A DNA stretch of 64,000 nucleotides from Chrysomallon squamiferum (Eukaryota; Animalia; Mollusca). Shown piece after piece: positions 53,355-64,000 of the stretch. Positions within the stretch are counted from its first letter, which is position 1; each line of letters starts with the position of its first letter. The translations under genes were made by a program, and so were the position numbers. The notes under the pieces were generated by a model, which searched no databases, was not told where the DNA came from, and saw nothing but the letters and a program-made list of their open reading frames with translations. Location: the NCBI GenBank assembly GCA_012295275.1, contig CM022677.1:6634001-6698000 (forward strand), in the 5' to 3' direction.

Positions 53355-55556
53355 ATGAAATAAAAAAGGAAAAAAGAGAAAAATAAGAGTAAAAATGTAA
53401 GTGGAGAAAGTGAACAGAAAATAAGGGTAAGCAGTAGCCAAGCTGTCAAGAAGTCACTATTACAAGGATGTCAAATACACAGAATAACGAGATGTTCATC
53501 TGCACCAGTTTATCAGTCAACACCAATTCAACAGAGTCAGCAGTCACAGTATGGACAATACGGACAAACCTAATGATCCCATGGTCAGTATTCTGGTTTA
53601 ATTTCACCAGTTGTGCAGTCAAAATGTCAGTATAAAATTATATACTTTGGCTAGAAAGTTAGTTATAATGTGTAATAAACTGGAAAAATTGGACATGATT
53701 GAAAAACAACTGAATAGTATGAAAATAAAAGATATCAGTGGTAGACTGACTGATATTAAGAAAAAACTACAAGATATTACATTCACTAACAGTTCGAAAG
53801 CAATAAAAGGACCTATGAGATTTGAAATCTGTTGTGTCAGATATGAACAGTTCTACTTGTCAAATGAGAGATAATAATAACAGTATGAAACAACAAATAT
53901 GTGAAATAGTGAGAAGAGCTGCACCCACAGCAAACCATATGGGGTTAATGAACAATTCCCAAAATACGTTAATGACAGGAGAAAATTATTATATCCACAT
54001 TACAAACCAGCAAGGGAAAATATTGGTTTTAATTGGTGATAAACAGTATATCGAGGTCAGGCTGTTTACACTGGGATAGGATGAGCCAGAAGCCAGTAAC
54101 ACAAACATAACAACTCAGTCAACAGAAACAAGACAACAGAGATCACACAACACAAACATAACAACTCAGTCAACAGAAACAAGACAACAGAGATCACACA
54201 ACACAAACATAACAACTCAGCCAACAGAAACAAGACAACAGAGATCACCCAACACAAACATAACAACTCAGCCAACAGAAACAAGACAACAGAGATCACA
54301 GCAACAGAAACAAGACAACAGAGATCACTCAACACAAACATAACAACTCAGCCAACAGAAACAAGACAACAGAGATCACTCAACACAAACATAACAACTC
54401 AGCCAACACAAACAAGACAACAGAGATCACACAACATAAACATAACAACTCAGCAACAGAAACAAGACAACAGAGATCACTCAACACAAACATAACAACT
54501 CAGTCAACATAAACAAGACAACAGAGATCACACAACACAAACATAACAACTTGGCCAACCGAAACAAGACAACAGAGATCACACAACACACACATAACAA
54601 CTCAACCAACAGAAACAAGACAACAGAGATCACACAACACAAACATAACAACTCAGCCAACAGAAACAAGACAACAGAGATCACACAACACAAACATAAC
54701 AACTCAGCCAACAGAAACAAGACAACAGAGATCACACAACACAAACATAACAACTCAGCCAACAGAGACCGCACAACACAAACATAACAACTCAGCCAAC
54801 AGAAACAAGACAACAGAGATCACAGTAACACAAACATAACAACTCAGAAACAAGACAACAGAGATCAGACAACACAAACATAACAACTCGGTCAACAGAA
54901 ACAAGACAACAGAGATCACACAACACAAACCAAACTCTGACTGAGACAAGTCAGTTCACTCAGTGCAATACAACAATGGAGGAGGACAAGTCTTATCAAC
55001 CGAAAACATGGTTGAAGAAATGTCAGAAAACTCTCTCATTTGTAAAAATACCCCAAACAAAAATCATAAAGAAGTAAGACCTTAAGTTTTAAAAGTAATA
55101 GAGATTAATGTGTGAGGTTTGTTAAGTAAGCTCAGAGATACTTGAAACCATCACTAATTAATATTCTTTATTATAAAGCATATGATAAAAACAGTTTCTT
55201 TATTTCATTGTAAATCAGGGGGTGTAGCTGTGTATACAAAAAGTTATCTACTAAAATAAGCATTATCGAATCACAGTGTAAATGTATTATGTGGCTGGAC
55301 ACAGAAAGCAGGGTTTTACACACATATAACATTTTAATTGGTATTGTACATATTCCTCCAGAGAGTTCGTATTATTCATCTGATGATGATTTTGATGAAC
55401 TTGAAAATGAATATTTTTCATTTCTGAATAAGTATAACATGATCTGTCTTATTGGTGACTTCAACAGCTGATGATAATGATTTTATTATTATGGAAGAAA
55501 AAGAATATAGTGGTTTAATCACTGATGATGTATTTGAACTTGAGTGGTTAAATATA
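53355..55556 (+). mobile_element. Degraded non-LTR retrotransposon 5' part: ORF1 remnant (~53355-54075) and APE endonuclease remnant (~55085-55556)
   Basis: ORF1-like coiled coil KLEKLDMIEKQLNSM..ISGRLTDIKKKLQ and C-terminal GKILVLIGDKQYIE. Endonuclease motifs LKVIEINV*GLLSKL, SGGVAVY, IGIVHIPPESS and ICLIGDFNS. The reverse transcriptase is absent because the element is truncated at a TTAA. Confidence 0.8.
54098..54931 (+). repeat. 51 bp minisatellite, ~16 copies, between LINE ORF1 and ORF2
   Basis: Unit acaacacaaacataacaactcagccaacagaaacaagacaacagagatcac. Confidence 0.97.
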
Positions 55557-55799
55557 TTAACCCTTTGAACCTGCCTGACTGGTGTTGCAGCCTGTGCATA
55601 TAGTATATGTGCTACAGTCAATGCACATTTGGTCATATGCCTCTGACCGCTAGTCATTTTCATATGCCTCTGACCGCTAGTCATTTGGCCAGATGACTGA
55701 AAATGAGTGCCCTGTTTCACAGATTGCCTGATAGGTAAAGGAGATAGGCAAGAAGTATGCCAGCGTTACCAGGGATTCTACTGAACTGTTTAAGTCAAC

Positions 55800-56855
55800 G
55801 TGCACTGTTGGACTGTTGGTATTAAATTTGTGCAGTTTCTCAAGAACTCGAGTTTCAATGCTGGAATAAAACAGTCACCTTGTACAACCTTATTTGGCAT
55901 TGAAGCCAGGTTTGACTTCCTTGTCGTTACCACATGATGTTATCCAGAAGCTACAGAAAAAAGATGACTTACTAGACATTCTGTCCAGCAGCTCAACTCA
56001 ACCTCTACCAGAAATGACTCAACCTCTACCAGAAACGACTCAACCTCTACCAGGAACAATTCAACCTCTACCACAAACTCAACCTCTACCAGAAAAGACT
56101 CTACCTCTATCAGAAACAACTCTACCTCTACCAGAAACAATTCAACCTCTACCAGAAACAATTCAACCTCTACTAGAACAATTCAACCTCTACCAGAAAG
56201 GACTCTACCTCTATCAGAAACAACTCTACCTCTATCAGAAACAACTCTACCTCTATCAGAAACAATTCAACCTCTACCAGAAACAACTCAACCTCTACTA
56301 GAACAACTCAACCTCTACCAGAAAGGACTCTACCTCTATCAGAAACAACTCTACCTCTACCAGAAACAACTCAACCTCTACCAGAAATGACTCAACCTCT
56401 ACCAGAAACCACTCAACCTTATCAGAAACAACTCAACCTCTATCAGAAACCACACAACCTCTATCAGAAACAACTCAACCTCTACCAGAAATGACTCAAC
56501 CTCTACCAGAAACAACTCGACCTCTACCAGAAACCACACAACCTCTATCAGAAACAACTCTACCTCTATCAGAAACAACTCAACCTCTACCAGAAATGAC
56601 TCAACCTCTACCAGAAACAACTCAACCAAAGAGTAGCATAGACAAGAAAAGAAAGCTTGCAGTAGCCACACAACAGAAACAAGCTGAGCGTGTTGTTAAT
56701 CGAAGTCGTGTGATTGTGAATCTGACATTAAGAGTGTGTCACTTTGTCAAGCCAATACAAAGGAGTCTCAACATGTGGTCAGGGTTTCATCAAGTGCAGT
56801 TGTAATGGACCTAAGAGATTTCGGAGTAAGCGATGTGCTTGTTTCAAAAATAATG
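55800..56855 (+). mobile_element. C-terminal fragment of a KRBA2/SCAND3-like DDE integrase (Ginger-related transposase)
   Basis: WTVGIKFVQFLKNSSFNAGIKQSPCTTLFGIEAR/GLTSLSLPHDVIQKL; KRKLAVATQQKQAERVVNRSRV; Cys-rich tail CGQGFIKCSCNGPKRFRSKRCACFKNN. All three are characteristic blocks of this family and occur in the right order. Confidence 0.8.
55993..56627 (+). repeat. 21 bp minisatellite (~30 copies, TQPLPET in frame) inside the integrase fragment
   Basis: Unit actcaacctctaccagaaaca. Confidence 0.97.
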
Positions 56856-58200
56856 CCTGGAAATTTTAGTCATTTTAGTCATATGAAGCTTCGATAATAA
56901 TTTATTGACAAACAACTGCAGTTTTTGGAGTATTTTTTGCCATAAACATCAATGACAACCAAGCAGGCATTACAAATGATAATGTTGGATTCTGAGGATG
57001 AGAATGAAGTGTTGGAATACTGAAATAATAGTGATTTTTAAAGCAAAGAGAGTGATGATGATGTTGTCAATGATACAAATAATAACACAAATGCAAATGA
57101 AGGTGAAAATGATAGTGATTCTGCTGATAATCACGACCCATGTTTTGGGTGTGTTAGTGGGTGTGGCCGTGATAGAGGATGTGGTCGAGGTGTGGCAACA
57201 GAATTCTCAGCTTCAGGCAGATCAGCCCTGCTGATTTTTTGACGTTATTCTGGAATGTTGATTTGTGGCAGCTGTTTGTTATTAAAACTGATAGGCAGGC
57301 AGAACGTAACAGAGAAGCAAAACCCCTCATGTTATTATTCAAAATCCTTTAGTTCTCAGACCTTGACACTAACAGAGATAAAAGCATTTTTTTGATGTTG
57401 ATGGAAATGCTTATTCACAAGAACTGCTATGAACAATTTTGGTGAGATAAGGAAAATTTCTTGGACATCACACCTGGATTTGCACAGATTTTTACAAGAG
57501 ATAGATTTTTAGCAATTTTTCAGCCAGGGAAAGATTCAGAGCAGTGAATTGACTACACTGTAATTGATCAGTTGGAGAAGATTTTATTATTAATGAATAT
57601 ATTAAGGATACTGCTAATATTATATTACCTTTATATGTACTACTGTTTATTATTCTTGACAGAGCAATTACACCATCCAATTGGTATGGACTAGAGACTG
57701 GACAACTCACTGTTACTACTAATATAACTGCTGTTACACAACTCTTCTTGTTACATTTATCATAACAATTTCTCTAGGAACAACTACAATTAGTACTGCT
57801 ACTACTACTACTACCACTACTACAACCAGTAATCTGACTACAACCATTTTTTTATCACCATTAGGCTCACAAGATACATTACTATTACAAAGCTATGGAG
57901 ATAGCATCATCAGCTAAAACATCATGAAGATCAATTTTGCAACATTACTTCAACAAGTATTATTATTGTTACTGCTACAAGAATTATTGCTGCAACAACT
58001 ACATTACTACAACAATGGCAATGACTAATACTACTACTATAACAACAACCTCTATAGATCCTCCTGTTCTACCATATTCTTTGATGACATTTCTACCCTG
58101 TGGTGATCTGACAGAATTAGCTCTTCTTATGTACAAAGCAGAGCAGTTTCTGAAAAACAACAGTCTTTTTTTTATTTACCTTTATAATTATATATGCATC

Positions 58201-58248
<48 letters not shown>

Positions 58249-58484
58249 AAAATGTGTGTATGCTTGGGTAAGTATATATGTAATGCAAACATTTGTACAC
58301 CAATAAAAAGGAAATCAATGACATTATGGCAGTTTAGGTTATAATAATAAGTTTAGTATTAAAATGTCTCTAAATATAATTTGAACTTATGTTTGAAATT
58401 TGTGTATGTGTTTGCATGAGCAAGTGTGTACGTATGCATATATGTAGATATGTGTGACGTGCATACATACACCTGTATGTTTAC

Positions 58485-61400
58485 CTGTTAGCTCGTTTCA
58501 GGTCATTGACAAACTCTGCTGACTGCTGATGTCTGATTTCTGAGTTTTTAGAGATTTTCTCTAGAGCAGCCACTAACTCTTGTACTCTGAATTTGAGTCG
58601 TTTTTCTCTTCTGAGTGACTCACACAGGTCCTGAGCTATCTCCATCACATCATTCAATCTCAACTCACAGATAGCTGGCACTGTCAACTCCTCATCTTCA
58701 CCATCCTGATGATAAATGATTATTCATTGAAATTTTATAGGAATTATGAAAGCTATCAGATTATCATCCTTGTTCTTATGATATACAATTAAAATTTGAT
58801 TATAATAATTAAATTAAAATTGTATGAAACATAAACAATTATCTTCTTCATCATGATGATAAATGATTGAAACTCAGTTACCTAATAAAATTAAAATTAT
58901 TAAATGATGAATCAAGATTTAAAACATTTAAAATTTTAATAATTTGAATTTATTATTATTTTAAAAGAACAAGTTCAGTAGTTATGGCATATTAAATCAA
59001 TGTTATGACAACCTATCATTATTTTATTATTACATTTCTGTTACACTAAGTATTCTTAGAAAACATACTGTTTAAAATTATAATAAAGAACTGCGAATAC
59101 AGCATCAGTAGTTATGACACACAGAATCATGACATTATATAGTAAGTTATTCTTTAATTTTCTCTGTTTATATGAACAAGTCAATACATTTAGAATACTC
59201 ACTTAATAAAATAAATAGACATTCTATCAAGTAAGTTAGTATTATTATTTAGATGTGTTTATATGACAAATCAGTGTTTAGAATACACACATAATAAAAT
59301 CAGTTATATGAAGTTGGTTATTATTATTTAATTTTTTCTCTGTTTAAATCAACATTTAAAACACACAAAGCATAACAAATAATAAAATCAATAATGTGAA
59401 ATATATCTACCTGCTAGTCTAGCTAGAAGAGATAAAGTGATAGATAAAATAGAGATAATCACATGTTTGTGTTTGCCGTCTCTGCCCAGTCTCTGCTGGT
59501 GCTCTGAGATCTCACACTTGAGATGCTCTATCTGTACTCTGTAGGCCTGCTCCTGTGACTCCTTACCACTCAGTCTCAACTCCAGAGCTCTCTTCTCCTT
59601 CTCCATCAAGTAGTTCTGAGCCTTCAGCTCTGCCTTCTGCTCCTGTGAAACAATCCAAACCTTCTCTACCTGTGAAACAATATCATGACAGAGTCCAAAG
59701 TATGTATATTCAGTCTGCCTAGAATTCAGAAAATGATTTAATATAAATGGAATAAGACACAAAGACCAAACTGCCATTAATAAAAAAAAATAAAAAAAAG
59801 TACAAGTAAATGCAAGTTAATATAGTAGAAAACTGAAACACATTTTCATTACTAAATTAACAAAATTAAGAATGCCTGTTTGATTAGCCGTTTGATTTTT
59901 TTCCTTCCCAAAGAAGGTCGGATGCTTGGTTGGGGCTACCCTTCATAAGACTGCCCTTCATAGCCATCAGCTCCTGCATTAACACAGCATTTTCCAAATC
60001 CAGTCTTTGAGCTTCTGGAGTTTCCTTGGGTTCGTCAAGCAGAGGATCAAAGTGTAAACTCTCCAGCTCCATGATGGTCATTCTGACCGCTGCCTGGTCA
60101 TTCTTCAGTGACTGAATGTACTCACGCAGTCTCTGTTCATCGAGTTTGGTGAAGTCAGTGTCCACTGAGCTGGCCGTAAAACTGGACGTGCTGGACAATT
60201 CAAAATGAAAAGTTGGTTTGGTAAAGATTATCTCTAGTCATGGAAAAGTCAGTTAATCAACTTGAAATTTATAATTCTATAATTAGGTGAAATCCTTTTA
60301 GAAAGATAGTTAATGCAAAGTCCAGTTAATTACAGCGTAGACTTTAATAAACTACAAAATCTAAATTTATCTTAGTAAGAAAAAAAACCCAGCTAGATGC
60401 AAAACTATGGTTTTTTTTACTTATAAGTCAATTTTGGGTAATAAAAGAAATAACAAAGGTTTAAAAATAGATTCCAATAAAGTACAAAATAAAGATAATT
60501 TATATATAAAAACACAATTACTTTAAGTATTCAAAACAATGTAGATTAAATTCAATACAAAGGTATTGTCTCTGTTTTTGAAGGTAAAAAAATACAGTCC
60601 ATTTAAATATAAAGTCAGTTTAAATACTGAAAAACAAACTATTAATGTATAAAATACAGTCAGTTTCAGTATTAAACTTTAAGAGAACAGTTAAAATGCT
60701 AAACACAAAATCTTATTAGACAGAAAAGCAATTACAGTAAAGTATAAAACAAAGTCAAATTAGAATAGCAGATGTCATCTTGAAGTACTGAAAAACAAAG
60801 TGTATTAATTAACAAAGTTAGTTTCAGTATTAAAAAAACTAAAACTAAAAATAATGGAAAACAAAGTCCATTTAATACAGAAAGACTTCAAGTAAAGCAT
60901 CACCTTGCAGTTCTGCTGTTAGAAGAGAGATCTTTCCAAGGGTGAGAAGTACAGGGTGTGGTGTGAACTCCACAGCTTCTGTCCAGTTTGTGAAGTAGAT
61001 GTCGAGCCACGCCTTCAGCAGACTTCCTCGAGTGATGAGCTCTCTGTAGTATAGACGTCACCTCCACCTGATCCTCACACTCCTTTACTGAAATTAACAT
61101 ATCGACTTATTGAAACTAAATATACATTCATGCAGTTACTTACAATTTAACTGTTACTCTTTCATAGAAAGAGTTAATGCAGAAATTATTAACACAAGCC
61201 ATACTATATAACTGAAGGAAAAAGCAATCTCTATAATTAAGTTTTGTGTTTCAATTCTACCTACAAATAAAAATGTAAATATAATTATTTTAATATTTAT
61301 GCAGAATTACCTTTCTTTTCAACTTCTCCCTGTCATCATTAATATGTTCAATATGGCTACATAGCTGTGTAAGTTCTATTTCCTGTCTGCCTATGTGTTC

Positions 61401-63238
61401 TTGTAGAGCTGACCTTCATCGTTGTCTTTTTCTACGTCTTCTCTGAGACGTTGAACGACGTTGAGATCAACATCGTGGAGAGGAAAGTCTTTTCTTTCTG
61501 CAATGGCTGACTCCAGTTCTGAGACAACTTGGGAAAATTTTGCATTTATTTCATTACCTATTTCTAAAACAACCAAAACAAAAAATTATTCTCGGTTTTA
61601 ATGTTGTGTATACGTTATTTGGTAATTAAAGAAAAAAACACATGAATAAATTTTAATTTTATTTCTAAATTTAATTCTACTTTTCTCTTCTGATCAAATT
61701 AACTGATTGAAAAAATATCTCATTTTAACTATATATTTATTTGGAACTTTTCTTTTTAATTCATTTATTCCTTCTAACAGTAAGAAAATGAGAAAAATAT
61801 CTAATTTTAATTATATATTTATTTGTTACTTTCTTTTTAATGCCTTCTAGCAGTAAGTAAACGAGAAAAAACAAATTATTATAATTTAATATTTAAAAAA
61901 ATCCAACAAATTATAATATGTTGCTATTTATATAATAAATTAAAATTAAAATTAATAAACTTTTAAAACAATTGGACATCTATCTAAAACAGCCAAAACT
62001 GTACAGTCAAAAAATAAATATAAAAGTAAATGATTACCAGGTCTCGCAGACTGGAAGCCATTTGCATTATTCTCGTTGATACTTCCTCCATTATTGCTTT
62101 TGTCTGATCATCTTCTTACACAGAAATGAAAAGAAAAAAAAAAAAAAAAAAAAAAAAACGTTCAAATGTCTTTACACTTTCTGGAATTTGGTATTTTCAA
62201 CAAATTCCTAGAAATTATTTCTTAGTCTTTCATTAAACACAGTAAAGAACAGCAAGCTAATGGTGTTGTTTTACATCTGAATAATGACTGACTTGACTCA
62301 TACAATGAAAGAAAAAAATGGTTAAATATCTTCGCATATTTCTGGAACTTCAGGTTTTCAGGAATCTTTTCTTGTCCATTAAGACAGTGAAAAACCAGCA
62401 AACAAATGGTATTATTTTACAATACATAATGACAAGCCAAAACTATGTTTCATTATGTGTCCAGATAAATTATATTATTGTTTTTATTATTCATTAAAAG
62501 CAGAGAAGAACAGCAAACTCACACTATATATTATTTAATAAAGACCACTGACCTGATGACATTAATCTGGTGTGTGTCTGTTTTCTTCATCAGCTCTGCA
62601 ATGACGCTGTGAAGTTCAGTGACGCGTTCCTCGTAGAATCACTAAAATATTTGAAATTTTGAATGGTTTTTGGATATAACAGTCTTATAGACAAATTAAA
62701 AAACATACAGACAAAATTCTCTTAGCATTCAAAATAACAACAGACATTTTTTTTTTATGAATTTGAATTAGTATATACTGTATTTATTGAACCTATGTAT
62801 TCTTTGTTTTATTGTCTGCTTAAGAAAACATCATAAATAAATAATTAAATAAATACATAAATAACCAAATAAGGCAGAAAGTAAATATATAATAATAAAA
62901 ACTTTTTAAATTTAAATTTGGTCATCAGATTAACGTAAATATTTTCTAAATCTTTTCCATGAAGATAGCCAGAGTAGATTTAAATCATCACCAAGAGTTA
63001 TTGCCAAACACGTTATTTTCTAGTCAGGCTATATTCTTAGAATAACAACATTAAAAGGCAGGTGGAGATTTAATTTCAGGCTAATGCTAGGATAAAAAAA
63101 AAAATAAAAAAAAAAAAAAAAATCATTTCTTACCTGACATTTAGTCAGTTATTTTTCTAACTGATCTCTTACGGCTGTTACTTGTGCCAACCTGTTGTTC
63201 AGCTCGATTATCTCCCATTTCAGAGAGGTCAAGGCCAC
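58485..63238 (-). pseudogene. MCC: Colorectal mutant cancer protein (MCC) homolog, unprocessed pseudogene; exons 63134-63238, 62553-62641, ~62037-62115, 61311-61563, 60904-61087, 59956-60190, 59463-59642, 58485-58705
   Basis: Recognisable MCC blocks: YEERVTELHSVIAEL; RAHHSRKSAE..LLHKLDRSCG..PWKDLSSNS; DTDFTKLDEQRLREYIQSLK..QRLDLENAVLMQELMAMK; AELKAQNYLMEKEKRALEL..QEQAYRVQIEHLK; RREKRLKFRVQELVAALEKISKNSEIRHQQSAEFVNDLKRAN. Lesions: TAA at 63149-63151, frameshift near 61412, donor GG instead of GT at 59955, and missing central and terminal exons. Confidence 0.93.
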
Positions 63239-63373
63239 CTGGCGAAGCAGGGAAAGAAAATAAATAATTTTAAATTATTACATTTTACAACTAAATTAAA
63301 ACATGTTATTTTTGAATGTTTGTGATTCAGTCTATTTTATCATTCCTAAAGCTAATTAATGAAAAAAATATCG

Positions 63374-63419
<46 letters not shown>

Positions 63420-64000
63420 GTGAAAATAAACTAAATATTTTAAAATAAAATACATACGTGCATGTATAAGTTGTTGTTACTGCTCTTGTTACGTTAAAAC
63501 GCATGTGTGTGTGTGTGAAAGTGATTTGAATTGTAAGCTATTTTATAAAACTCAGCTATAAATACTACTTGCTATTATTTGTATTAGTTATTACAACTAC
63601 TTCTGCTACTTGCTACTAAGAATAACTGTAATTAATCATGTACGAGCAGTATGTCCAGTAAGGAACAGAACATAAATAATCCGAATAAAACAAAATATGA
63701 ATGCAATTAAATATAACAACAAAAGAACGATCGTTAATATATTGTTATTCATTATTACAAAAATTCAGCTAAATTACTCAAAAAAATTAAAGTTGAGTCT
63801 TGTAACAAGTTTCTATGTCGTATTGTTTAATAATTTATTTTCGATTATCTGCACTTTAAAACTATCCAGAAACGCAGACGACAAAACATTTTAGAACCTA
63901 AATTACAAACATGTACTTCAAACTATATAAAGAAAGAAAGAAAAAAAAAGTACTGTAGCATTACCTGAATATACAAAGAAATCAACTCTTCGTGATTCTT

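Larger units (their letters stand above)
55557..57525 (+). mobile_element. piggyBac transposon remnant (left end plus N-terminal transposase ~56952-57522)
   Basis: TTAA|CCCTT terminus at 55557-55565, exactly where LINE homology stops. Acidic N-terminus MTTKQALQMIMLDSEDENE..; PADFLTLFWNVDLWQLFVIKTDRQAE; TLTEIKAFF; TPGFAQIFTRDRFLAIF (start of the DDE_Tnp_1_7 family domain). Stops and frameshifts are present, and the right end was not found. Confidence 0.85.

Noticed and set aside
54066-54949. Hydrophobic repeat membrane-protein ORFs
   Set aside because: They are antisense translations of the 51 bp minisatellite.
58050-58150. Exon-like block after the last MCC exon
   Set aside because: The translation does not match the MCC C-terminus and contains stops. 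It cannot be assigned.
58485-63238. Functional MCC gene or stop-codon recoding
   Set aside because: Independent lesion types (nonsense, frameshift, donor loss, exon-phase clash) are better explained by pseudogenisation than by an alternative genetic code.

Overview
AT-rich, microsatellite-dense animal (eukaryotic) genomic DNA with spliceosomal introns and one 200-N gap. The repeat style and protease type suggest an invertebrate, possibly a mollusc, but that is inference. I find no intact protein-coding gene. The window reads as a graveyard of intron-containing gene fragments and decayed transposons. (1) A clearly recognisable MCC (mutated in colorectal cancers) homolog on the minus strand at 58.5-63.2 kb is disabled by a stop codon, a frameshift, a lost splice donor and loss of central exons. 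(2) A thrombospondin type-1 repeat pseudogene lies at 51.2-53.2 kb. (3) Two chymotrypsin-family protease exon remnants lie in scrambled order at 28.8-29.8 kb. (4) Two unidentified multi-exon pseudogenes converge on each other (6.4-11.7 kb +, 44.2-47.9 kb -), each just inside one arm of an old ~1 kb inverted repeat whose arms are ~45 kb apart. (5) A nested transposon stack at 53.4-57.5 kb runs non-LTR element > piggyBac > KRBA2/SCAND3-like integrase fragment, with two minisatellites. There are also a hAT MITE with its empty site elsewhere in the window, a 1.1 kb foldback, interstitial telomere-like repeats and several satellites. I cannot demonstrate a new biological system from the sequence alone. 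The best candidates are a gene-fragment capture/duplication region and a piggyBac-integrase chimera. All homology calls are from memory of family motifs, not from database searches.
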